Shown in pieces: positions 38,641 to 51,316 of a DNA stretch of 64,000 bases. The stretch covers positions 29,574,001 to 29,638,000 of the forward strand of contig NW_026262593.1 in the NCBI RefSeq assembly GCF_021869535.1. The letters run 5' to 3'. Every line of letters starts with the position of its first letter. The first letter of the stretch is position 1. The position numbers and the translations under genes were made by a program. Below the pieces are notes generated by a model. The model did not search any database and was not told where the DNA came from. It saw nothing but the letters and a program-made list of their open reading frames with translations. The stretch comes from Mytilus californianus (taxonomy: Eukaryota).

Positions 38641-39945
38641 AAACATGTACGAGAATGGCATTCCTGATCAAGGAAGTTGTTAAATATGTTGTTTTTCAGA
38701 TACAAATTAATTTATTTCGATAAATGATATACTCCAATGCAAAATACTACAAAAACATGTAAAATTTTTAAATTGAGCTTCAACAGCGATATGTGGCGGT
38801 GAATACTCTGTGATTCTTTGGAAATATGTAAAATTGTTGATAACTATCTAAAGTATACTATATAAACTCTTTAACGTTCAAATTTCATTGGTTTTAACAT
38901 ATTTCTGATTTTGACCCTGTAAATGAAATAATTACAGGGGAAATTGGCTCTACCGTTTTTCATTAATCAATTAATTAATGTTCGCTTACGTCACTGTGTC
39001 AAGTATTTTCATGCATTGTCAGGCCTAGAACAAACTAAGATAAACAATACATCAAATACATGCAAGTACGTATCGCACATTGGATCGACGGTTGCGGGAA
39101 ATTTGGACTTCCAAAGGAAAAATAGATAAAATACAACTAATCGTCCTGCTGCAGCTATTTTAATGTGCTTATGTATATATGTATGTATTACAAAGATCCC
39201 TCCGTGATTCGGAGCACCCCTCGAAGTTAGTGTGGAATCTGTGTACACTCCCTGTCAGGTTTAATGGAGATGTGTAACTCCCTTATTCAGATAGAACATT
39301 TCTCTATGTGCTTTACTGTTAGTACAATCCATTCAACTCTGATAAAAAGCTCACCGACATGCCTTTTATTTCAAACTATATGAGGGAGTTAATCGAATGA
39401 GAAAACGACACAGCACCAAATAAAAATAATGATAATAAATGATGTTAAAAAAATTATTACAAATACAATTTTATTTCATGCATGCATAGTACACCATCTT
39501 TTTATTGCATATTTGAATTACTTTATTTATTTTAAGGTGGTCTTTTTACTGTTTATTACATAATTTAAGCTTGATGAGATTGAAATAACGAAGATATAAA
39601 CACTTACTAATATTCTGATATAGCTGGAACATGGTGTGCTGTCCCTCTAGGTCTAGCTGTTAATTATACCACGGTCTATACAGACAATAACATTGAAATG
39701 TCCCTACAAATAGGTAAGGGTTTATCATACCGTAAACATCGTCACTGATGTTGTCTGTGATTGATTTGGTGATAATAAGCAATCGATCTTCCTTAGTGTG
39801 GCGTTACAACATACAAATACATTTAACGCTTAGCTTATGAATAAACATCTTCAAACAACATCAATTACTAGTAGAAGCATGATAAATCAAAGTACTGAAG
39901 TACTGAACATCGGATGACCACAAGTTCTTGAGGATGGTCAAAAGC

Positions 39946-40027
39946 ACTTGTCTCAGAAAAAAACAACATATCTCTTTACCTGAAACTGAGGTTAATGTAC
40001 AGAGATATATTTTTTTCTGAGACAAGT
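39946..40027. repeat. 82-nt hairpin with an 18-bp perfect outer stem
   Basis: acttgtctcagaaaaaaa...atatctct...agagatat..tttttttctgagacaagt. Confidence 0.8.
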
Positions 40028-41439
40028 TCGTGCGTGGATGATGAATAAATGACAGGAAATTCAACTTCACCGTAATAACTATTATATTGTAGTGATACAA
40101 ATCAGTATACACTGATTTGTTGTTTATATTATATTAAAATAACAGTTACATATATATATATGATTTGAATCCATTTGTATATCATTCTATTCTACTATTC
40201 TAAAAATAGTGCAATGCAAGTGCATGGTGGACACTTTTCTGTAAAAAATCGATTTTTCTAAGATTGGATACGAGTAGGCATTCATAAACAACTACAGAGT
40301 TACCGGTCCTTAACGGTATTTTCACAAAACGTTCATTGAGATATTCTTCCGCATGCTTTAACACAATTTTTCGGTACGTGTGCATTGATATTATCAATGA
40401 TTTTTTACTTATATATATATATATATATCTAACTACAAAACATTTTCATATTATTAATTTATGTTGTAAACAAAAATATTTTTATCGGTATTCATTGAAG
40501 AGATGTATTTATATCAAACGATAAGGAATGTTATTTTGCACTCGTTTATGTGCGCATATTTATCATGTTTATAGATCGGTTACAAACCCAAAACTAATTT
40601 ACATAATGGAAATCTAGGCGATAACAATACATCGGAATGACCTCAAGGTCATCGCGATGTAAAAATGGAAATTTATTAAGGATAAGCATTTTCTTTAAAG
40701 TTTAGTGCAAAATATGTTCATTAATTCAAAGAGAAGTGCCAATCATTAATCCTTATGGCTTGTTTAAAAACAACATGTCCCACTTATTTTGGACGAAGCC
40801 CTATTCTAATTAGTGAAGGAAGAAATGAAGAATTAATATGCATATGCATGACTGATTGACAGGCTTATGTTAAATTAAATCAAAATGACAAATGATGAAT
40901 TTGCTGCGTTTCAGACGAATTTTTGGATAAAATTAGCCAAAACTTTTGAAATTTGAGGAGTACATTAATCGATTTAATTTGTAAATTGCAAAAACCATAT
41001 ACATGTAGGTTAAAAGATGGAGCTTTAACAACACAGAGGTTTCTTTAATTCGTCTTGCTTTTAAACTGCTTTGTACCAGTTGCATCAATCACAATTGTTG
41101 ATGAACAGCAGGTGAATTGAAAAAGTTTCTCTAAAAAAATCTGGAAAAATCCATCATTTGTTTGTATTGGACTAAAAAAGAATAAATTATTTCATTAAAA
41201 TTTCCTCTACAAGTCATATTTAGCAAACTACAGATATTATCATTTTGTAAATTATCAAATTTGGACATCATAAAGATAATTGCCAATAATAAGAATATAT
41301 CTCATTCAAAATGACCAATTAATTTCTGCTATTCCAATAGCTAACTGTTTATGCACATCTGCATATGTTCAAACAGTTTAATATTATAAAAAATACACTT
41401 ATTTGAAAATACCTTCCTGGAGATAACATGTTACAGATA

Positions 41440-41642
41440 CTGTAAATTCAGAAATTATTGCGTGCATTTATTATTGCGATTTTAGAAGAATGGGCATAAA
41501 TGCGAGTTTATTTTTTGCGATTTCAGTAAAGCTGCATACAGATATATGCATCAGATATTAGAATGCGAGTTCTTATTGCGATTCTCATCCAGTCGCATAA
41601 TTCGCATTAATAAAAACCTCGCAATAATTTCTGAATTTACAG
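41440..41642. mobile_element. 203-bp MITE, 23-bp perfect TIRs, TA target duplication (Tc1/mariner-like)
   Basis: TA|ctgtaaattcagaaattattgcg ... cgcaataatttctgaatttacag|TA. Confidence 0.95.
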
Positions 41643-42544
41643 TAAATGACTAGTTTATACTTAACCAGGTACAAAGTCAATCTTCTACTTGCTATTTTAT
41701 GCACTTCCATTTTTTTGTAACGGATATTAACTTAAATTTTAAAATAGAGTCATCTTGTAAAAAAAATTAAAAGTTTGAAACATTTGCTATACATTGTAGT
41801 ACATCAGTAGAACAAATGTTATAGATATTCAAATATCTGGAATGCCTCATTGACATTGTTATTTAAACGGCCTCCGATAGTCTAATGAATCAAAAGCGAA
41901 TTGTAAATGTCCGCTCTGTCTATCCATATTTATATATTTTTCGCAAGTCATTTTTATATCCAAATTTCTACAGATATCCTGTTCTAAAAGAGAGAGTGAA
42001 GATATCAAGTAAACAAACATAAATTATATGTCGAAGTAAAGCAGATAACATCACGGTCAAAAAGAATAAAAGCGCGGTTGCGCTATCAGGCAGTGTTTTT
42101 TCTGTCAATATATAAGTGTCATGTTACCTACCAAAATACTAAATTCTCAGTGACTAGATAGAGTTGTAGCTTTTCATCAAATTTAGATACAGCTGCACTG
42201 TCTATTCTGAAATGTCGCAAAGTGCTGACACTCCTGAGTTTTTCTTTGATTTTGAGAAATGTTCTTATCTTTCCATGAACCGAACAAGTAACTGCACATT
42301 TAGCTTTTAAGTTTAATTCAATCTTTTTTTAGGTAATTTTATCGAGACTGCGAGATTTTGGATTTAGACTTTTTAAGCTGGTTGTATATAACATGCATAT
42401 TTAATAACAGGTTATTATAATATTCTATCTCTGCGTCTGGTGTATGTTCCCCAAAAATAAATCCTAGGGTTAAATCATCGCTTTGTCAGTCCACAACTAT
42501 GTCCGTCTGGCTGTCCTTCCATCCGTCTACATCCGAATGAATTA

Positions 42545-42747
42545 CTGTAAATTCAGAAATTATTGCGTGCATTTATTATTGCGATTTTAGAAGAATGGGC
42601 ATAAATGCGAGTTTATTTTTTGCGATTTCAGTAAAGCTGCATACAGATATATGCATCAGATATTAGAATGCGAGTTCTTATTGCGATTCTCATCCAGTCG
42701 CATAATTCGCATTAATAAAAACCTCGCAATAATTTCTGAATTTACAG
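42545..42747. mobile_element. Identical copy of the 203-bp MITE at a different insertion site
   Basis: Same sequence as 41440-41642 with flanks gaatgaatTA / TAgtttctg. Confidence 0.95.
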
Positions 42748-42899
42748 TAGTTTCTGAATGGTAACGTGCATTTCCCGCACTTGGAAGAAGCCTTTTGATT
42801 TGGGGTCAATAGGTCAAAGTTCAAGGTCTTCAAGGTCTCTGCTGCTAAAAATAGATTTATTATATGAAAATGTTTACAGATGGTATCTTGAGTATAGCT

Positions 42900-43370
42900 T
42901 GCTTTATTGAAATGATTTTTTTTTGATTTTTTTTCTTCACTTTTTTTCTTTCTTCTTTTTCTCTTTTTTTTTCTTTTTCTTTCTTGCTTCTTTCTTTTCT
43001 TTTGCTCTATCTTAAGATTTGTAGTTTTATAATTTGAAATGTGAGTACACTTGTGGATGGAAAATGTAATGAGTGTTATCAAAAGATTTATATCATAACT
43101 GCTGTCCCAGATTTTATATCCTACTATGAGATTTCTGAAGGTTAGGATATGATGACCAATTTTAACTTTATTTAACAGTGTTTTGACTTTTTCCCAAAAG
43201 GCTTTAAAGTATTGACATTCCAGAAAAAAATGTTTATAATCTTCTGTTTCATTACATATATGGCATTTACTGTCTTCTTTTGTCTTCCATTGAAAAAGCA
43301 GTTGTTTACAAGGAAGGATATGATGCAGTAATTTCCATTTAAATATTTGAAATGAAACTTATACAGATTG
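42900..43370 (-). mobile_element. L1/Tx1-like LINE ORF2 3' end (zf-RVT/CCHC region), repeated in all four units
   Basis: QIFKWKLLHHILPCKQLLFQWKTKEDSKCHICNETEDYKHFFLECQYFKAFW, followed by an A-rich 3' tail and AATAAA. Units B and C have a 1-nt deletion that shifts the frame. Confidence 0.85.
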
Positions 43371-45124
43371 GAGAGATATTGAATTGAAAGACACCAACTG
43401 ATTTCAGAGTTCATATGTCAAAGTTCAAGGTCAAGGTGTATGTTCCCCAAAAATAAATCCTAGGGTTAAATCATCGCTTTGTCAGTCCAACCCTATGTTC
43501 GTCTGGCTGTCCTTCCATCCGTCTACATCCGAATGAATTACTTAGTTTCTGAATGGTAACCTGCATTTCCCGCACTTGGAAGAAGCCTTTTGATTTGGGG
43601 TCAATAGGTCAAAGTTCAAGGTCTTCAAGGTCTCTGCTGCTAAAAATAGATTTATTATATGAAAATGTTTACAGATGGTATCTTGAGTATAGCTTGCTTT
43701 ATTGAAATGAATTTTTTTTTCTTTTTTTTCTTCACTTTTTTTCTTTCTTCTTTTTCTCTTTTTTTTCTTTTTCTTTCTTGCTTCTTTCTTTTCTTTTGCT
43801 CTATCTAAAGATTTGTAGTTTTATAATTTGAAATGTGAGTACACTTGTGGATGGAAATGTAATGAGTGTTATCAAAAGATTTATATCATAACTGCTGTCC
43901 CAGATTTTATATCCTACTATGAGATTTCTGAAGGTTAGGATATGATGACCAATTTTAACTTTATTTAACAGTGTTTTGACTTTTTCCCAAAAGGCTTTAA
44001 AGTATTGACATTCCAGAAAAAAATGTTTATAATCTTCTGTTTCATTACATATATGGCATTTACTGTCTTCTTTGTCTTCCATTGAAAAAGCAGTTGTTTA
44101 CAAGCAAGGATATGATGCAGTAATTTCCATTTAAATATTTGAAATGAAACTTATACAGATTGAAGAGATATGGAATTGAAAGACACCAACTGATTTCAGA
44201 GTTCATATGTCAAAGTTCAAGGTCAAGGTGTATGTTCCCCAAAAATAAATCCTAGGGTTAAATCATCGCTTTGTCAGTCCAACCCTATGTTCGTCTGGCT
44301 GTCCTTCCATCCGTCTACATCCGAATGAATTACTTAGTTTCTGAATGGTAACCTGCATTTCCCGCACTTGGAAGAAGCCTTTTGATTTGGGGTCAATAGG
44401 TCAAAGTTCAAGGTCTTCAAGGTCTCTGCTGCTAAAAATAGATTTATTATATGAAAATGTTTACAGATGGTATCTTGAGTATAGCTTGCTTTATTGAAAT
44501 GAATTTTTTTTTCTTTTTTTTCTTCACTTTTTTTCTTTCTTCTTTTTCTCTTTTTTTTCTTTTTCTTTCTTGCTTCTTTCTTTTCTTTTGCTCTATCTAA
44601 AGATTTGTAGTTTTATAATTTGAAATGTGAGTACACTTGTGGATGGAAATGTAATGAGTGTTATCAAAAGATTTATATCATAACTGCTGTCCCAGATTTT
44701 ATATCCTACTATGAGATTTCTGAAGGTTAGGATATGATGACCAATTTTAACTTTATTTAACAGTGTTTTGACTTTTTCCCAAAAGGCTTTAAAGTATTGA
44801 CATTCCAGAAAAAAATGTTTATAATCTTCTGTTTCATTACATATATGGCATTTACTGTCTTCTTTGTCTTCCATTGAAAAAGCAGTTGTTTACAAGGAAG
44901 GATATGATGCAGTAATTTCCATTTAAATATTTGAAATGAAACTTATACAGATTGAAGAGATATGGAATTGAAAGACACCAACTGATTTCAGAGTTCATAT
45001 GTCAAAGTTCAAGGTCAAGGTGTATGTTCCCCAAAAATAAATCCTAGGGTTAAATCATCGCTTTGTCAGTCCAACCCTATGTTCGTCTGGCTGTCCTTCC
45101 ATCCGTCTACATCCGAATGAATTA

Positions 45125-45327
45125 CTGTAAATTCAGAAATTATTGCGTGCATTTATTATTGCGATTTTAGAAGAATGGGCATAAATGCGAGTTTATTTTT
45201 TGCGATTTCAGTAAAGCTGCATACAGATATATGCATCAGATATTAGAATGCGAGTTCTTATTGCGATTCTCATCCAGTCGCATAATTCGCATTAATAAAA
45301 ACCTCGCAATAATTTCTGAATTTACAG
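45125..45327. mobile_element. Third identical copy of the 203-bp MITE (duplicated with its host unit)
   Basis: Same sequence and flanks as 42545-42747. Confidence 0.95.
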
Positions 45328-46419
45328 TAGTTTCTGAATGGTAACGTGCATTTCCCGCACTTGGAAGAAGCCTTTTGATTTGGGGTCAATAGGTCAAAGT
45401 TCAAGGTCTTCAAGGTCTCTGCTGCTAAAAATAGATTTATTATATGAAAATGTTTACAGATGGTATCTTGAGTATAGCTTGCTTTATTGAAATGATTTTT
45501 TTTTTCTTTTTTTTCTTCACTTTTTTCTTTCTTCTTTTTCTCTTTTTTTTTCTTTTTCTTTCTTGCTTCTTTCTTTTCTTTTGCTCTATCTAAAGATTTG
45601 TAGTTTTATAATTTGAAATGTGAGTACACTTGTGGATGGAAATGTAATGAGTGTTATCAAAGGATTTATATCATAACTGCTGTCCCAGATTTTATATCCT
45701 ACTATGAGATTTCTGAAGGTTAGGATATGATGACCAATTTTAACTTTATTTAACAGTGTTTTGACCTTTTCCCAAAAGGCTTTAAAGTATTGACATTCCA
45801 GAAAAAAATGTTTATAATCTTCTGTTTCATTACATATATGGCATTTACTGTCTTCTTTTGTCCTCCATTGAAAAAGCAGTTGTTTACAAGGAAGGATATG
45901 ATGCAGAAATTTCCATTTAAATATTTGAAATGAAACTTATACAGATTGAAGAGATATGGAATTGAAAGACACCAACTGATTTCAGAATTCATATGTCAAA
46001 GTTCAAGGTCATCACTGACTAAAATTTCAAACATTAAGTTTTAGAAGAAAACAATTGGTTACCAGATGGTAACTTGAATTTCCCTTGCTTGATTAGAATG
46101 ATACTTGTACATATGGCAGATGTAGGAAAGGTGAGAACGCCCAGTGATTTTGGATAAAAGTTCAATGTTCAAGGTAACCTTGTTAAATTTGTCAAAAGTG
46201 GATGCCCTTAAGCAGTTTGTTCTGAATTTTTATTCTAGATACTTGCTTTTTTATGCTCCCTGGAGCAGGTAGTTCTTTCTTAGCTACGTTGTTTTGCATG
46301 CTATACCATGTGATGGGGGGGGGGGATTTTTTTGCTGACGAAATGTACATTACCACATGTTACTATGCCTTTTTATCTATTTTCACTTTTGTATTAGAAT
46401 TAGAATTTATACCTACGGG

Positions 46420-46680
46420 TTTTTTACTTACATGAGCAATACGACGGGTGCCTCATATGGAGCAGAATCTGCTTACCCTTTTCGAGCACCTGAGATTACT
46501 CTCGGTTTTTTGTGGGTTCGTGTTGTTCAGTCTTTAGTTTTCTATGTTGTGTTTTGTATAGTGGTTTTTTTAGGTCTTTTAATCGTTTTTTGGTCTTTTG
46601 TATGGCGTTGTCAGTTTTTTTGTTGTTTTTTTTTTGCGAATGTGTTTGAACGACCCTTTGTTATCTTTCGCCTCTCTTGT
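46420..46680 (-). mobile_element. Family A copy
   Basis: acatgagcaatacgacgggtgcc..gcagaatctgcttaccctttt.cgagcacctgagatt..gggttcgtgttg. Confidence 0.85.
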
Positions 46681-48134
46681 ACACAATATTCCTGCATTTT
46701 GTGGAGCAGAGTATTTCTGTTCATCCTGTCTTGTGAATGCATATATTTTTCAGTTATTACCTGCAGGCAAGAATATTCATTTTGATAATACATCGGTCCC
46801 TCTCCAACAAAACCCAACCCCTAGTTTATCAAATGGTTGCTATATATAACAATAGACATCATAGGAGCCCATATTTCAATATGCTTCCAAGAGCAGGTTA
46901 GTATGGTCTTCTCCGCAAGCCATAGGTTACGATCTAGCAGATGACGGGTCCGGATCGTGATCCTTGGCTAGCGAAGATGATTAGGGAAACCAAATAGACT
47001 GAGGCAACATACTAGCACTGGGTATCCCTGATGTTTTCTTTGAATAGAGGGCTTTGTCTTTTAAGTTCTTTTTCAACGTAAAAGATGGTCTTCAGAAATA
47101 TTGTGATGAGGTACATTGTATATTCAACCAGTGATATCGATCAGATGTGAGTTCTTAAATATTCTAAAATATCTTCTCCATTCTATCACAATCATCACAA
47201 TTTTGATGGAATATTAAAAATTTTGATACTACTATTCCACAATCTCAATTGAATGATCGTCTATATCTTCTCACTGAACATTGCTTTTTTTGGCAAAAAT
47301 TAGGTAACGTAGAAACAAATTTCTTTTTTTAGGTCATGAAAACTCGTAATTTTGGAATTTTCACAATAATTCCAACAATAATTACACTGAAGACAATATC
47401 ATAATTCTGTACTTTTTGCTGGACAACTTATTTTTTAGTTTGGTGGATTGACATTTCAACAAACAATCTATCCCAATATTAAATACGTAACACTCGTGCA
47501 TGTTCACATTATACGGACTTCATTATTAAACAGAGTTATGAGGAAGAGCGACTGCAATCGACACTACATACATTTTAAGGTCATCATCGCAAATTCGTTG
47601 ACCGATACTGTTTGTTTGTGTGTAAACTCACTAACGACATTGTCTTGTATCTGTAAATTTACCTAGTGTGTCCTGTTACCCATTGTGATATTTTGACTGA
47701 GTGTGGATTCGCTTACTCTATCGACGCAGCCGATCTCGCTATCGTTTGGGGTTCATGCGATTCATCTAGTTTTTGATTTTTTCACCTTGATTTTCTGATT
47801 CTGCTTGGATTAATAAGCATTTAAGTGTTTTTTAAGATCAGTAAACGACTGTTGCCTTCAAAAAAACTCTATGTAAAGTCAGGAACCTCGGTAGAAGCTG
47901 CTATTGGTTTTGGTTTTGATTTTATTTTTTGTTTTTGTGTATTTCTTTCTTCATATTTTCCTTATTATTATTTTTTTCTTTTTCCTTAAGCATTTGGGTT
48001 CTGTTGGATCGTTGTCTAATTGGTAATCATATCACATTTCCTTATTTAATTTGTAATATCTATTCACAACGGTTAACACACCTTAGACTGCTAGGAGTTA
48101 TTTATTGCCTTTCGGCATCTTTTGTTGAATATAT

Positions 48135-48450
48135 AGATATAAGAAGATGTGGTATGAGTGCCAATGAGACAACTCTCCATCCAAGTCAAAATTTATAAAA
48201 GTAAACCATTATAGGCCAAAGTACGGTCTTCAACACGGAGCCTTGACTAACACCTAACAGTAAGCTATAAAGGGCTCCAAAAATTACTAGTGTAAAACCA
48301 TTCAAACGGGAAAACCAACGGTCTAATCTATATAAAAAACAAGAAACGAGAAACACTCATGAACCACATCAACAAACGACAACTACTGAACATCAGATTC
48401 CTGACTTAGGACAGGTGCAAACAAATGCAGCGGGTTTAAACGTTTTATTG
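48135..48450 (+). mobile_element. Family B' copy
   Basis: ataagaagatgtggtatgagtgccaatgagacaactctccatccaagtca...cctgacttaggacaggtgcaaacaaatgcagcgggttt. Confidence 0.88.
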
Positions 48451-48988
48451 TTGAATCAGTTTTTACCCGAAAGTTAAAAATAACACATTCATTATAAACT
48501 GTGTGTGTCTGAATCGCTTTTTCGGATTCACCTTAATCAACAACCTCAAGCCAGAAATTTAAATGCCAAGGATTTATAATACCTGTGGATCTATATGATA
48601 CATGACATTAAGGTGTCTTTTCTGGTTTTATTGTGTTTTTGTTTTTGTTTTAGAAGATGTCTCATTGACGTGCACTCCACATCCCCTTTTTGTCTAATTT
48701 CTAAAAACAAAATCATTGCTTCACATAGAAACCTCTTGCATAAATGCATTTAATCTTCTACTGCAATTCATACGTTACGACTATTTGCGTCATATATTTT
48801 GAACTAATGGAAACCGCCATTTTGAATTCTGGAATTGATTGATCCCTTCAATTATTACAAAAAAATACACATTTGCACCTGAAAATCTTCTATTTGTCAA
48901 ATTTTATTCCAGGAAACTTAACCGTACCTATGAAATCACGCTGTTGAGGTGGATAAAAAAGAAAACGTTTCGCGAAAGTTTTCCATTA

Positions 48989-49345
48989 CATAGGAAAATT
49001 TCACTCACGTGAATTTGGATTTATGTGAATCTCACCTAAAACGAGCTTATACGTGAAACTCCCATGAATTGATTTTACTGAGTTTAACGTGTATCTCATG
49101 TGAAACTCGCATGTAAATCACATGAATTTTTTTCACGTGAAAATTTTCAAAATAAAGTTATTCCTATAACATCTAAATTTTCAAATCTGATGAAAATCAT
49201 GAAAAATACCAATTTTTTTTTTTGTAAAGTTCACGTGAAAATCAACTGAAAAATTTCACGTGAGATTCATGTGAATCTCAATTCACGTGAGTTTCACGTA
49301 TAAGCTCGTTTGAGGAGAAATTCACGTGAGCAAAATTTGCCTTTG
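48989..49345. mobile_element. MITE with ~60-bp imperfect TIRs, TA flanks and multiple CACGTG motifs
   Basis: TA|cataggaaaatttcactcacgtgaattt..aaacgagcttatacgtgaaactc ... gagtttcacgtataagctcgttt..aaattcacgtgagcaaaatttgcctttg|TA. Confidence 0.85.
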
Positions 49346-50547
49346 TAATGAGTTTTTAAACCGAGATGGAGCCTGAAACACATCTTTTTACATTTTGTTG
49401 CATAAACATTGAGGTGTCTTTATTGTTATTTAATCTTGGCCTTCGACAAACCTACGATTAATGTAAGATAAGATTAAAGATATAAATGTTTCTAGTTAGC
49501 AGTATTTACAGCTTAGAATGTGGTTGTGAATTCTCTGTAAATACATATATTTGAAAATAAACTATTAAAACAGGCAATTAATTTTATTTCAAGAGAAAAT
49601 ACAAAGCAATAAAAATCTCTCTCCTTCTAGAAACTACCTACATTCAGTATGTTCAATAAGAACACAATTGTTTTTTTCCAATAGAATGTCGTTTGCGCTA
49701 ACCAAATAATTAGTATTTGAACTTTCAATTCCCTATATAGTTCTTAAGTAGTATAAACTAAATTCTAGCTGGACACAGTCAATGTGATCTCTTTTCACAT
49801 GTCGAATCTCAAGGAAATTAATCTCATTGTAATGAATGAGAACATGTAAATTGTCAGTAGAGTAATGATTATTGGTTTTATGATAACTACGTATATCCCA
49901 AATCTAGGACAAAATGAAATTAAGCTCAACCATTTTAAGTTAAGTACCAATTAATCTTATTTTTTTATCAAATTAAACATTATTTAAAAATTCTTTTTGT
50001 TATATGACATATCATTGTATTACATTTTCCTTAACAAATCTTGATAAGGGGAAATCTCGCAAAGACTTCCATTTGAACTCCCTAGTTGACGGAATAAGCA
50101 AAAAACACACGTAAAAAAGGGGGGTGGGGTATTTGAAATTTTTGCCAAAATATTCACTGTTAAATAAGTTACTTGTAACTTCAATCTCAGTTCAAAAGGA
50201 TAGGTCACCCTCTGTCTTTGAATTTCAGTAAGAGCACGTGCTACACAATCTAGACATCAGCGGGTTTTAGAAAATGGCATATGCACAATTAAAGTTTCAT
50301 TGTTCCATTATTTATAATTTGACATTTTCAATAACTCTCGACACCAACAAATGACATGTAAGGCTTACAGGTGAATTCGAAGGATCGTATGGAAGGTTAA
50401 GTTATTCAAGAATATCATTGGTTTTAACGGACTTAAACTTTTATTGAAAAAGAACGGATATCGAACAAATGATTATTTGCGGGATTTTCTTGTCTTTTCT
50501 CACTTTTATATAATACTTGAAGATGAAAAAATATTGAGGCCTTTCGT

Positions 50548-50745
50548 ATCCTCACCTTTCCGGAGCACCTGAGATCACCCCCGGTTTTTGGTTGGGTTCG
50601 TGTTGCTCAGTGTTTAATTTTCTATGTTGTGGTTTGTATACTGTTGTTTGTCTTTTGGTCTTTTTTCTTTTCTGCCATGGCGTTGTCAGTTTAAATTTAT
50701 ATTCGACTAAAGAGTTTGACTGTCCCTTTTTTTTTATTTTTCGCC
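50548..50745 (-). mobile_element. Family A copy
   Basis: cctttccggagcacctgagatcacccccggtttttggttgggttcgtgttgctcag. Confidence 0.85.
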
Positions 50746-51316
50746 TCTCTCAGTCTCAATTCAAACATAAAAGTGAATTTAATGGAACATAAAAGTGAAT
50801 TTAATGAAAAAATAGTTCACAACCAAGATAAGCCATCGTTATGGTAAGTATAACAAACATACAGACAAATATTGTTCAAGTAAACCACTAGTAATCGTTC
50901 TGAACATGTATCAAATATTTCCCACTGGACGTAAAGCAAACACTAATCAACCAATCATACTTCTAGTAATATTCATATAGAGTTTTGTACAATCTTGACT
51001 CCTGTTGAGGCGACCTTTACATTTTACCTGTCGGTGTTGTTGTTTGCCAGTTATTGAACTTTTCTATTATGGACATTGACAATAAAAGGCGCAGGTGCAT
51101 TTTATTCAAAATAAAGACAGTAGTTATTCACAGTATACTATAGTGTTTTTCATATTTTGTATGAATGACATTTATTGGTTTTTTTATTCGACATGAATAG
51201 GAAGGTTATGTGTACAGTGTTCTCCAATCAGATTTAAAAATGTCCATGTCATAAATACGCATAAATCGAAAAACAGCCGTAAGAAAAATTATACATAAGA
51301 ATATTAATTTTTTATT

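Larger units (their letters stand above)
42439..46011. repeat. Four-unit tandem array of a composite ~792-bp unit (A 42439, B 43435, C 44227, D 45019; A and D carry the MITE)
   Basis: ggtgtatgttccccaaaaataaatcctagggtt starts each unit, and B-C and C-D are spaced exactly 792 bp. The unit backbone has gtcc-like microsatellite and ggtcaaagttcaaggtc motifs typical of HINE/pearl-like repeats. Confidence 0.95.

Noticed and set aside
39190-40400. Exon-like snippets near 39195-39260, 39980-40080 and 40200-40397
   Set aside because: Strand and phase are inconsistent, splice signals are weak and no recognisable motifs were found.
42690-43082. Lys/Arg-rich 130-aa ORF
   Set aside because: It is read-through of a LINE ORF2 end into its A-rich tail and then into a MITE.
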